A stretch of 64,000 nt of DNA from NCBI GenBank assembly GCA_951406725.2, contig OX597821.1:74214001-74278000 (forward strand). Direction: 5' to 3'. Made by a program: the position numbers and the translations under genes. The notes beneath the pieces were generated by a model. The model made no database searches, was not told where the DNA came from, and saw only the letters and a list, made by a program, of their open reading frames with translations. Positions 27,412 through 40,336 of the stretch are shown here, piece by piece. Each line of letters starts with the position of its first letter. Within the stretch, counting starts at the first letter, position 1. This DNA comes from Octopus vulgaris. Its lineage: Eukaryota.

Positions 27412-27579
27412 ACATACACACATATATATGTATGTATGTATGTATGTATGTTTGTATGTATGTATGTATGTATGTATGTATGTATGTGTATAACTACATA
27501 AATAATACTTTTATAAACAAACCGGGTCATTTGTTTATATTTAAAAATTATCGTTTTAAAATCGGAGGATAAATATCAT

Positions 27580-27695
<116 letters not shown>

Positions 27696-29540
27696 GTGTG
27701 TGTGTGTGTATGTGTGTGCGAGTGCGTGTGTATATATATATATATTATATATATACACACACATGCAAAACTAGAGAAAGCAAAAAGTATAAATATACAA
27801 ATATTCATATTAATAGATCTAAGTACAAGCGTTAGGGAAAACTAATTGGGAGGAGGAAAGATGACATAAGTCCAACAGCTGTTTCTAGTGTGGCGGGGAT
27901 CCATCAGAATGTTGGTAGATGTAGTTTATCACAATCGACGGCCGTTATGGTAGCAATCAGCATTGACTAAATCGAACGTCCGTCATCAGGGTAGAAAAGA
28001 TCTTATATTTGAGATCATCAAGCACAAAAATTGTGTAATGGTTTCATACAAAAGAGGCAATCGTTTCAACGATTTAGAAAGAAATAAATATCGCCGCTAG
28101 CATAGTCGGTGGACAGTCACTAAATTTAAAACACACACACAAAATATATAACTTCATTATTTTGGTTAGGAAGTAAAATCCTATATATGCCGCGATACAT
28201 ATAGTCATGTGGGAAAATACTTTTTGAGATATCACTACGCGTGAACAACGAAACGACATCCTTCGTGTAATATGGGAACCCTAGTGAGGAAATCGCCGTT
28301 TAAAAAACTTACAATAAGGATCTGCCGAGCTTACGCTTCGGTGAAATGTTTTGTATATTTTGGCAGAGATGAACGTGTTACAAAGATCCTCTAAAAACTG
28401 TTCCAACAGAATCTTACTGAAATGAAATCAGTTCTGTTATTGAAAATTTTGGCCTAGTTTTAGCTATTGAAGTTTCATTATATCTAATATTAAAGAAATC
28501 TTTAACATGAACCAATATGGAACTCACTAGAAAAGCACCAGAAATTCCCACGCGAAGCTCCTAACATTACAAACCTATAATCTAACAATGCACCTGATAC
28601 AGGTAATAATGGCCTGAATATTAAAATACTCGCTATGGCAATATTTTAGCGCCTTCGATCATAACTCTGCTTGATCTGTTTACAAAAGAGTTTTCAATAA
28701 CAACAGCAGAAGATTTAGGGTATTGCTGCACCCTTATGAAATTTGAATGAATTATAAAATAAACGTTGTTTTGGGTAGAGAAAAATATTTTCTTGGATTA
28801 GTGTAAGTTAGTCATGTGAAGCACTTTCTAAATGTGTTCACAACACACGCCAAATACTTTATTATAATCCTGAATGCTCACAATGTTACGGTTGGTATGA
28901 ATTCGAAGCTAAATGTATTGGATAATATATAAGATAATTCCACACACCGGAAAGAGACTAAAAACTTAGTGATGGGAAACAAAATGCTGAACCTACGACT
29001 ACAAAGCCGAACCCTACCCACTCGAACTCACTTCAATAATTTTCTAATAAAATATTCCTTAACAAAATTATTAAGCAATATCGAATTTATATAACTCTCT
29101 TCTTAAGAGAAAAACTAAAAATATGCTTGAAAATATCTTACGAATGTTACCTTGGGTAATTTTTCTTTTTTGAAAAGATAAGGAATGGAAAATCATGTTA
29201 GAAAATATTTAACCAAAATAATGTTTGCAGATTTGCAAACCAAAAATAATTCTTGAGGGGATTCTGTAACCAAATTGATATAGATATAAGGCTCGCAGAC
29301 AGAATTAAAACATTATCAATTTACACATGTACATAAACATACATGCACAACACATGTAAATGAGAGTGCGTACGTGTTTGCCTTTTCGCGTGTGTGTATA
29401 TATAAGTATACACATACATACATACATACATACATATATGTGTGTGTGTATACATAGATATATTTGTTATGTAGTATGTACACACACACACACACTTATT
29501 CACACACACACACTTACATGCACACACACACAAACATATA

Positions 29541-30300
29541 CAGTATGTGACAGAAAGTTTGCAAGAAGTCTAAAATGATATATTTCTAATTTTAGCAATA
29601 ATTTAATAATCAACGCGAGTGTAACTTTCAAACCGACTTTTAGAAATTAAGTAGAGAGAAAAAGTAATTCCAGTTACGTCCAATATTTTATTGGATCCCC
29701 ATTAGAAGGATCAACAGCGTTTATTCTCCGGGGTTTATATTCCACCAGATTTTCGCATATTTCCTTTATTTCATCAAACTCTGTGCCGCAATTGAACAAA
29801 AGATTGAATGATTTCTTCTTTCATTCGAAGTCGCAGTGGTTTTATTCACATTTTGCGTTTGTTCCAGTGGTATTTAGATTTAAATCTGGTGAAGACGGAG
29901 GCCAATCAAGTGATGTTACTCCATGTTGACGAAAGGAATCCATTGGATTCTTGTTAACACGAACTGGTGTGTTATCTTGCTGAATAATGCCGGCACAATT
30001 TGGAAACACACGACACCCGATGTGTCCTTTAACGTTCACGATCAAACTTACCTTCAACAATCTGACTCATGACTACATACAGTTTCTCCCTTAACTAAAA
30101 TCATGCCCAGATCATTATTAGCGCCTGATGTTTTGGTGGTTTTCAGAAATGTCTGATGTTATCGGATGGACATCTACTACTATTGAGCAATCATTTATAA
30201 TCTGACTCATGATCTCGCCGCTGAAACCAAAGGTTTGCCAATATTCCACAGCTCACAGTCCAGATCTGGTGATCTTTCATATCGTTTGGTCATCTGCTAT
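29541..30300 (-). pseudogene. Decayed Tc1-like transposase and terminal repeat
   Basis: ORF 29842-30060 contains IIQQDNTPV...LDWPPSSPDLN (Tc1 QDN and WPxxSPDLN motifs). TA-CAGT end at 29539-29544. Confidence 0.75.
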
Positions 30301-30312
30301 TTAGTAAGAAGT

Positions 30313-30344
<32 letters not shown>

Positions 30345-30348
<4 letters not shown>

Positions 30349-30512
30349 GACGAGCTTCTTTCAGTTTCCGTCTACCAAATCCACTGACAAGGCTTTGGTA
30401 GGCCTGGGGCTATGGTAGACGACACTTAGCAAGGACACCAAGCAGTGGAACCGGACCCCAAACCATTTTGTTGGAAAGCAAGCTTCTTTCCACACGGCCA
30501 TACCTGCACCTA
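30345..30512 (-). mobile_element. SINE family C head (CORE-like)
   Basis: Minus strand GGTGCAGGTATGGCCGTGTGG...GGGTCCGGTTCCACTGC...CCTTGCTAAGTGTC. Homologous to 57928-58082. Confidence 0.8.
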
Positions 30513-30710
30513 TATGCATATATATGTTTCTTTTTGTCACCTTTTAAAAATGAATTTTACAGGTACAAATTCTGTTTCCATTATGTATAAGAGACCAGAA
30601 TTTTGTCAGCCGTACTCGACAATCTTTCCCAAGAAAGTTAACCATCGATACAGCTTCGCACCAGCGTCATTGTAGGTGAATTTAAAACGTACAGAGCTGA
30701 GTCAAATATT

Positions 30711-31343
30711 CTTTTCTACTCTAGGCACAAGGTCCGAAATTTTTGGGGAGGAGTCCAGTCCATTAGATCGACCGCGGTACACAAAGCTCGACTTTGCCTT
30801 TCATCCGAAAGGATTACATCAATCCCAGTGCGTAACTGGTACTTAATTTATCGACCCCTAAAGGATGAAAAGCAAAGTCGACCTCGGCGGAATTTGAACT
30901 TAGAACGTAATGGCAGACGAAATACCTATTTTTTTACTACCCACAAGGGGCTAAACACAGAGAAGACAAACAAGGACAGACAAACGGATTAAGTCGATTA
31001 TATCGACCCCAGTGCGTAACTGGTACTAGTTTAATCGACCCCTAAAGGATGAAAAGCAAAGCCGACCTCACGGAATTTGAACTTAGAACGTAACGGCAGA
31101 CGAAATACCTATTTCTTTACTACCCACAAGAGGCTAAACACAGAGAGAACAAAAAACAAGGACAGACAAACGGATTAAGTCGATTATATCGACCCCAGTA
31201 CGTAACTGGTACTTGTTTAATCGACCCCGAAAGGATGAAAGGCAAAGTCGGCCTCAGCGGAATTTGAACTCAGAACGTAACGGCAGACGAAATGTCGTTA
31301 AGCATTTCGCCCGGCGCGCTAACGTTTCTGCTAGCTCGCCGCC
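30711..31343 (-). mobile_element. Tandem array of SINE family A (about three units, one complete head)
   Basis: A unit of roughly 180 bp repeats, with the junction GGCAGACGAAATA|CCTATTT at ~30924 and ~31108. Confidence 0.92.
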
Positions 31344-32087
31344 CTAGCCGGGTCAAATATTGCTTCTCATTTCCAGAAGGTGCTAAAAACACGCATTCCT
31401 TCCCCGAACGTCGCTCTCTTTGGCCTAAATTCCCAAACCAACATTTTGTAAATCCCCGTACTGATTATACAACATCGGAGCGGAGGCTCTCTCGGTTAAC
31501 ATACACGTCTCATGGAATAACGTACACCCAACCACATACAAACGCACTCTGTTACTTTCACTCATTCACTCATACGGGTGGCCGCATCCCCCACGCACAG
31601 TCAGTGCACCCACAACACACATCATCGAGCAATGCGCATTTACATACACATAATACTTACACTACACACATCACTTGTACTCTACAGACACCATACATAA
31701 ACACACAGAAGAAGCACGCATACATAGACACGCAATCCACCCACATACTGCACTGTACGTATACGCATGCATAAAAACACCACACGTTACATATACGCAT
31801 ACACACACACTCAACTCACCAGCATATCCAGCGCACATAGAGATATATACAGGAAATATAGGCTCGCATACGCGCGCACCCACATTCAATACTTACGTCC
31901 AGCACACATGAACACGCGCGCAGATGCGAAATGCACACATTCGCCAAAACGTACACACACAGTCCCAGGCACATATACGCACATGCACTCCGTAACATAC
32001 TTCGTAATAGACTCATGCCGCACTCAAAGAGCTGCACTCAACACATCGCGCATGCATATAACTACATGACAAATATCAACACACACA

Positions 32088-32122
<35 letters not shown>

Positions 32123-32265
32123 TCACATACTCACACTCACACATAAATATCATCGTTTGACACTCGTACGTATTCCACATGCTCTCACAACTTTCAATCG
32201 AATACACACACACCCACTTTTGCTATGCGCCCTCAGATATATACAGAACATGTATATATGTCTAA

Positions 32266-32475
32266 AGCGGCGACTGGCAGAAGCGTTATCGCGCCGGGCG
32301 AAATGCTTAGCGGTATTTCGTCTGCCGCTACGTTCTGAGTTCAAATTCCGCCGAGGTCGTCTTTGCTTTCATCATTTCGAGGTCGATAAATTAAATACCA
32401 GTTGCGTACTGGGATCGATCTAATCGACTGGCCCCCTTCCCCAAAATTTCGGGTCTTGTGCCTAGAGTAGAAATG
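32266..32475 (+). mobile_element. SINE family A (short-tail variant)
   Basis: Complete head, B box GAGTTCAAATTCC, tail CCCCAAAATTTCGGGTCTTGTGCCTAGAGTAGAAA. Confidence 0.9.
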
Positions 32476-32590
32476 AACATCTAAACACATCGATTAAGGA
32501 ACCCACACAGATACAAATCATACCCAACACCTTCTCGCCGGCGCTGTAGCTTATAAACGACACGCATTCACACTCTTCCTCTACTAACTT

Positions 32591-33106
32591 TCACAGCCGC
32601 CGTTCTCAACCACCATTTGCAACCGCCGTTCACAACTACCGTTTGCAACCGCCGTTCACAATCGCCATTTGCAAGAGCCGTTCACAGCCGCCGTTCACAG
32701 CCGCCGTTCACAGCCGCCGTTCACAGCCGCCGTTCACAGCCGCCGTTCACAGCCGCCGTTCACAACCGCCTTTTGCAACCGCCGTTCACAGCCGCCGTTT
32801 GCAACCGCTGTTTGCAACCCCCGTTCACAACCGCTGTTCAAAACCACCGTTCACAACCGCCGTTCACAACCACCGTTCGCAACCGCCGTTCGCAGCCACC
32901 GTTCACAACCGCCTTCACAACCGCCGTTCACAACCGCAGTTCACAATCGCAGTTCACAACCGCCGTTCACAACCGCAGTTCACAACCGCCTTCACAACCG
33001 CCGATCGCAACCGCTGTTCACAACCACCGTTTGTAACCGCCGTTTGTAACCGCCGTTTGTAAACGCTGTTTGTAACAGCCGTTCACAACCGCTGTTCACA
33101 ACCGCA
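32591..33106. repeat. 13-bp GC-rich minisatellite (GTTCACARCCGCC)n
   Basis: About 40 units directly visible, most homogeneous at 32680-32765. Confidence 0.95.
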
Positions 33107-33659
33107 CTCATGCAACGCACTTGCATATCGACCTTTGGTCATTTTGCTCCCAGGTTGATCTTTTCGAACACTCTCTCACACAAACACACACACAAAATCA
33201 CTTTCAATCGATCTTGACTTTCTTTTTTCCCTTCCAAAATAAGGTTTTCCAAAACACACACTTATCCCTCTGATTTTTTTTTCTGTTACATTTTCCCTAG
33301 ACCTGTGCATTCCATGATGCACGCACTATGCGTACAGACACAAACGAACCAAAACAAAGGCTTCTTTTACTTCTACTCCCCTGCATTGACATAGCATAAC
33401 GCAATCTTACTCTTGTACTGACGTTGCACATTATGTTGAAACGGACCATCTACAGTGTTAGGGATTATAGAACATTAAATATACAGCAAAAAATATATTG
33501 GTTTGAATTATTATTTGGTTACCTGTAACGACTTGTAACAGATGCATTCCTCACATGTTCTTCTTCCTTACATACGTTGTATTAACTAACTTCCCTATAG
33601 ATATACATATAAGTTACATTTATATATGCAAGCATATATATATATATACATATGTAAGG

Positions 33660-33691
<32 letters not shown>

Positions 33692-33711
33692 GATGTATGT
33701 AAGTATGTATG

Positions 33712-33742
<31 letters not shown>

Positions 33743-33902
33743 ACATATACATATACATATATATACATATATATACATAAATACATACATTATATACATG
33801 TATACATATATATACATATACACATAGATGTACATATATATATATATGTATATACATATATATATATGTATATACATATATAAGTATATATTTATACATA
33901 AG

Positions 33903-33941
<39 letters not shown>

Positions 33942-34053
33942 AAAAGAGAGAGAGGGGGGTGGAGGCCGCAGAAACAGGTAGAGTTACGTACTCAGAGACT
34001 CGCGTACGTATATATGTATGATAGATATTTAATAGGGAATATGGGATACACAC

Positions 34054-34137
<84 letters not shown>

Positions 34138-34240
34138 TTATAAATAAGTATATATATATAAGTATATATATACAAGCATATGTATATTTAAGTATATATA
34201 TGCATATATATTTATACGTATAATTATATGTACATTTAAG

Positions 34241-34273
<33 letters not shown>

Positions 34274-35639
34274 ATGTGTGTGCTTGAATGTAAAAATCTA
34301 GGAATGTATTTAAAGAAATTTATACGTTCACGCATCATACCCAAAGACGGAAGTACGCATATAAATGAATGTGTCCATGTTTTGTGTGTATTTGTGTACG
34401 AGCATGTCTGCACGCCGGTGTGTCTGTGTGTCTGTGTGTCTGTGTGAATGCTTGAACGTGTTTAATATCACTTCAGGCGAATACACACACAATCGCACGA
34501 ACACACACACATACACACGCACGCAATGCACACGTATAATTACATATCATTTTGCAAAGGTAGATTGTTATTCACGCTCCCTTGTTTTTTATAACCAGGC
34601 GACTTTCACACAGGACTACAGTGAATCCTTTGAAGTTCGGTGATGGGATTTTTATAGAAGCAGTTACCCCGCAACTTTTACATCACGCATCACCTAGATT
34701 TCCTCCTGTTCCATTACAACCTATAGGAAGTCCATAAAGGGTTCTTTTGCTGCTATTTCAACCGTGATGGCTAACATGGAAATTACAACTATTTCTTTGG
34801 AAGCCAAACAACTTTATCGTCATTCAATGGCGTAGTTCACTGCTATTTATTGTTTACGACAAACAATTAAGGTTGATTTTTTTTCGTTCAAAATTATCGC
34901 CGTACAATAAACGAATATGTAAGAAAAAAGGCTTTAAACAGAAAGCAATAAAACCGTATATATAAACTGCTAAAGGAAATTCTGTTGCTAAACGAACGAA
35001 CGAACTTGCTTACTATATAACAATTCTGTATTTTCTGATTTAATTTCAGTTTGCACATGAATTGCTCATATTTTTAAAGATGAAACAAGGAAAAAATACA
35101 GAAAACAAACAAAACAAAAGCAGACAAGTCGTTAGTCTTTGTAGTGTTGTGTATTTGTGTGGTCTTTTCTTTGCCGGTGTCCAGTGTTTTCAATTTCCCA
35201 GTTGACGAAAGGTCCACCTGTGGCTAAAACCAAATCCAATTACATGAAATCAAAGAAGACATAAAACCGTTAGCAAAGCGATGCTATTTTAAAGCTAATC
35301 AGTTCATTAGGTGTGTTGCATGACTGACATTGTTTCTCTCATTATTTAATGTTTTCATCTAGTTCCTTTTTTTTCCTTCCACGTAAGAATGTTCTTCTTC
35401 TCGCCATATTGTTTTTTCCTATTCTATTGTGTTCAATGTTTGTACATATTGCAGCATTCACCGTCCTCCTATTTCGGTTAATATTAATACACAGGGAATC
35501 AAAATAACATCTACATCCACACATGTTTGTATGTATGTATGTATGTATGTATGTATGTATGTATGTATGTATGTATGTATGTATGTATGTATGTATGTAT
35601 GTATGTATGTATGTGTGTGTATGTATGTATGTATGTATG

Positions 35640-35698
<59 letters not shown>

Positions 35699-35709
35699 GT
35701 ATCTATCTA

Positions 35710-36258
35710 CGAGGGTGAGTCAAAAAGTAATACCATTTTGTTTAGCACAGGTATAATTACCAACACAGGAACATGTATCATACATGAAAATGAAGCTGGT
35801 CCTCTGTGGATCACATCCCTACTTCTCAACATAATCACTGTTTCTCTCAATAGCAACGTTCCAGCTTCGAATGAGAGCATGTATCCCTGCCCCGTAAAAT
35901 TCTGTTGACTGTTCTTTGAGCCACTTCTTCACTACAGTTTTCACTTCCTCGTCACTAAACTATTATCTCTTTGGCCCTATGAAAGAGGGTTTGATAGGCA
36001 AACATTATTCCAGTGACGAGGAATTGAAAATTGTAGTGAAGAATTGGCTCAAAGAAGAGTCAACGAAATTTTACGGAGCAGGGATACATGCTCTCATTCG
36101 AAGGTGGAACATTGGTATTGAGAGAAACGATGACTATGCTGAGAAGTAGGGATGTGATCCACAGAGCACCAGCTTCATTTTGATGTATGATACATGTTCC
36201 TGTGTTGATAATTATACATGTCCTAAACAAAATGGCATTACTTTTTGATTCACCCTAG
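35710..36258. mobile_element. Fold-back mariner derivative made of two inverted transposase 3' ends
   Basis: Arms 35710-35956 and 36012-36258 are inverted copies. The spacer and right arm encode YYLFGPMKEGLIGKHYSSDEELKIVVKNWLKE...FYGAGIHALIRRW (mariner C-terminus). Confidence 0.88.
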
Positions 36259-36544
36259 TGTGTGCCTGTGTGTATCTGTGTGTCTGTGTGTTTCTGTGTT
36301 TCTGTGTGTCTGTCTACAAGAATTTCCGACTCGTGTGAAATATAAAAGGTGCCACCAAATTGTTGATAGAATGTCTGCATAAATGGAGTCAAGAACGGCT
36401 GGTTTGTACTGGAACAGAGTCGCATTAGTGTAAGTATGTGTGTGTTGGGTATATTAGGCTTTGTACCCCAGCGCCACTTTGATGGCGTGTTCTGCTCTCT
36501 CACTCAATAATGATGTATGTGTGTATGCATGTTTTGTATGCATG

Positions 36545-36578
<34 letters not shown>

Positions 36579-36660
36579 TGTATGCATGTATGTGTGTGCG
36601 TGTGTCTGTGTATGTATACCTACCCTAAACAAAATAGCATTACTTTTTGACTCATCCTTG

Positions 36661-36691
<31 letters not shown>

Positions 36692-37032
36692 CATAAAGAA
36701 AAATTTTAATCGTCACTAAGTTTTTCTGTTATGATTATTACGTGGCGCCTAGCTGCTTATATCAATTTTTAGTACACACACACACACACTTACACACAGA
36801 AACACACATACACGCATATCTTTGTATAGGTATGTATATATAAACAGTAAAGCGATTAGCCAGATCAAAGTGGCAGATGAATGTTACTACTAGTTTAACC
36901 CCAGGCGGATTCTCTACCAGCTGGTTTTCGGTTCAAGTTCTGCACCCTTTATATACAATACATCGCTAGCAGGGGGAGCGAACCCCTACTACCCTCCAAC
37001 ATCTGACAGGATCGTGGAACCGGCCGGTTACG

Positions 37033-37358
37033 AGCTATTTGGCTCTCGTCAGCCGCGCGCACATGCGCAGTGGCGTTCTGTCAGCGATATATTGTAAAGA
37101 AAGTGACCAATGGTCACTTTGATTGCAACAGGCAAAGTTATAAAATCCCAGGAAGAGATCAGAGTAGTGACGGATTCTCGCTTTACTCCTTAGTATCCGT
37201 CACTACTCTATCTCTTCTTGAAATTTTATGATTAGCTATTTTGCTTGTTGCAAATCAGTGACCAACAGTCACTTTGTTTACGATATATCGCTGACAGAAG
37301 CGGATCTTAGCTTCACGCCACTGCACAGGTGTGCGCGGCTGACCAGAGCCAAATAGCT
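37033..37358. mobile_element. Fold-back palindromic MITE-like element
   Basis: AGCTATTTGGCTCT...AGAGTAGTGACGGAT / ATCCGTCACTACTCT...AGAGCCAAATAGCT, arms about 140-160 bp. Confidence 0.8.
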
Positions 37359-37509
37359 TCTCGAGATTATATAATTATGCATATAAAGTAACAATCGAAG
37401 GGGAAAATTCCTTCGAAGGATTGTGTAAAACATTCAATTCAGAGGCGCGTCGGTTGAATACAACATAACTATGGGTATAATGCAAATCACAATAAAATAA
37501 TAAATAAAT

Positions 37510-37757
37510 GCGCCCTTTTTAAAGCTTAGCCAGGTTCATGGGACCGGTTTCCCGGTTTCAATGGCGTATCTGTTCCCCAGCTGGACGGGACGCCAGTCCA
37601 TCGCAGTGTTACTCATTTTTACCAGCTGAGTGGACTGGAGCAACGTGAAATGAAATGTTTTGCTCAAGACCACAACATGTCGCCCAAGCCACGAATCGAA
37701 ACCACCATTTTACGATCATGATGCTGACACCCTAACCACTAAGCCACGTGCCTCCAC
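37510..37757 (-). mobile_element. tRNA-derived SINE family E (CORE-like centre, V-domain-like segment)
   Basis: Minus strand GGAGGCACGTGGCTTAGTGGTTAGGG...GGTTTCGATTC...GTGGTCTTGAGCAAAACA...GCGATGGACTGGCGTCCCGTCCAG. Confidence 0.8.
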
Positions 37758-38422
37758 AATGCAAATCACAAACAATAAATTAAATAGAAAGATACAAAGT
37801 GACAATCCAATAATTTATCTAAATTTTTGGATTGTCACTTTCTATTTAATTTTCTTTGTAACTACGCATACATATTTCCCGCTCGTTTATCTCCCCTGTA
37901 CCTTTCTCTTTGTCTCTCCTTCCACTTGACCGGTGTCCGGCCAGCCATTATCTTTCTTTCTTGGCCTGACTTGCCGACCGCCAACACCTCTTATGTCCAT
38001 TTCCTATGTTCCTGCCTTTTGGCCTTCACTTCATACACGCCAGCTCTATTTGATTCGTTCTCAGTCGAAAGACGCCTGTTGTTATTTCTTGTTGTTTGTA
38101 TTCGTAATTTTGTACCATGTTCTCCGTTTTATTGTTAGTTTGTTTCTTTTTGTCTTTGTTGCCGTACACATTCGCTAGCTTCTTACAAAGGGGTCTAATG
38201 CTCTTAGCTTAGACTTTTTTGTGGGCAACCAGACCCAACCACCTCAATTGTATCTGCCCGAAATGGTCGTGACTTCTGGAACTTGACTGAGTAAAGAAAG
38301 CCACGAATGACCCGTTTTTCTTGCCTGTCCTTCTAATTGATGTTTCTCCTGTCTGCCTTTGTATAGTCTATCTGTCCGAATGTTTTAATGTCATCTATTG
38401 GGCTTTTGCTCCATTTCTTTAC

Positions 38423-38494
<72 letters not shown>

Positions 38495-39269
38495 ATATAT
38501 ATATATATATATATATATGCGTACATATTTACACGCCTTCACAGACATACTGGCACAAAGACACACATACATACACGCACATACACGCACACATACACAG
38601 ACACACACGCACACACAGACACACACGCACACACAGACACACAGGCACGCACATGCCCCCCACACACACACATAGACAGAAATACTCAGATGAAACTCTG
38701 TGTAGATTTGTTGCGGCGACATCGACGCCATGTTGTTTGAAGACCTACAATCCGATCACACAATATCTTTAGGATTGGGTTCTTGAATTCTTTCTTGGTT
38801 TTCGAATGTTTCTTTATTTTTCCTACTTCTGTTTCTTTTTCTACATACATACATACATACATACATACATACATACATACATACATACATACATACATAC
38901 ATACATGACTGCATACGTACATGACTGCATACGTACAAAAGGATAACTATGAGTAACTGTTCTGAAACCTCCTCCTTCTATGCCCAGACTACAAATTGAC
39001 ATTTATACCAATAATAATTGGTGCTCTTGATTTGTAACTAAATGCCTAACTGACAAACTGGATTAGCTCGGGTATTTTAGAAAAAGAAATCAACCAACTG
39101 ATTTGCATATTCGCAAACTCAGTCTGTAAGTGGAACGGTAAAAATATACAAGACTTTTCTCAAGATTAGAATGTAACATTGTTTTGGTTATCCACAAAAT
39201 GGAGGTCTTTCCTCAAAAGAAGAATTTAAATAATTAAAAACAGAGAGCATACTAATGTACTTACATATG

Positions 39270-39334
<65 letters not shown>

Positions 39335-39355
39335 CTCTATCTATCTATCTATCTA

Positions 39356-39394
<39 letters not shown>

Positions 39395-40300
39395 TCCAGC
39401 AATACACACCAACACCACTTCATCCAGAAGATGAGACTATGAAAGCATTTCCATGACTTCTATACCAATATGTGTGCTTGAATGAATATATTTTTTTATG
39501 TATATTTTTATATGTATATATGTATATTTCTGTGTGTCTGGATCTAACAGATTTTAGATATTATTCTCATTTTTTTTCGATGTTTTTTGGCGATTTCTTT
39601 TCATTTGTCCGCAGTTGTTGTTTTTGCTGTTGTTGTTGTTGTTGTTGTTGTTGTTATTGCTTTTGATTCCCTCTTTCATTGCATTTGTTTTTGTTTGTTT
39701 GTTTGTTTGTTTGTTTGTTTTTTACTTTTGTTTTCGAAAGTTTTGCCTTGATTGATTGATTCGATAAAGCCTAATCTCCGGCCACATCTGTATCGAGTTC
39801 GTTTTGTCAGGCCAGTTCACTGCTTGTTAGCGGTGATTTGAATTTCATGAGATGCTACATTTTGCAGGCTGGCAACCCACCACCACCACCACAACCACAA
39901 CCACCACCGCAACCACCACCGCCGTCGCCACGTCCGCCGCCGCCGCCACAAATACAACAAACCACCACCACCACCACCAACAACGCCAATATCACTCTAT
40001 CCAATGCCCCAAAAGGTTGATTTCCATTTTTTTGCGATGGTTCTCAATGTTTTGCTCAGTCTTATTTGTTTTTTTTTTTTGCTTTTTTTTGCTGTGATTT
40101 TTGTTGTTGCTGTTCGTCTCCTTGTCCTTTTTGTTTGTTGTCCTGTTTTGCTTGCTTTGTGAAGGATTGAAACTAAGAGAGAGAGAGAGAGGAAGGGAGC
40201 TGAGAAGGAGGAAGAGAGAGAGGGGAGAGAGAGGGAGGAAGAGAGAGAGAGAGAAAGAGAGAAAATGAGGAAGAGATAGAGAGGAAGAGAGAGGGAGTGA

Positions 40301-40336
<36 letters not shown>

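Noticed and set aside
32617-33062. Repetitive QPPFTAAVHSRR protein, or a CRISPR-like array
   Set aside because: Open in all three frames because of the 13-bp unit; no unique spacers and no cas genes.
38178-38278. Possible Penelope hammerhead relic (..AAGGGGTC...CCCGAAATGGTCG)
   Set aside because: The catalytic core is absent; too degenerate to support.
39838-40020. Proline-rich coding exon after TTTTGCAG
   Set aside because: Composed of CAC/CCG repeats, with only a weak donor and an in-frame stop; no partner exons found.
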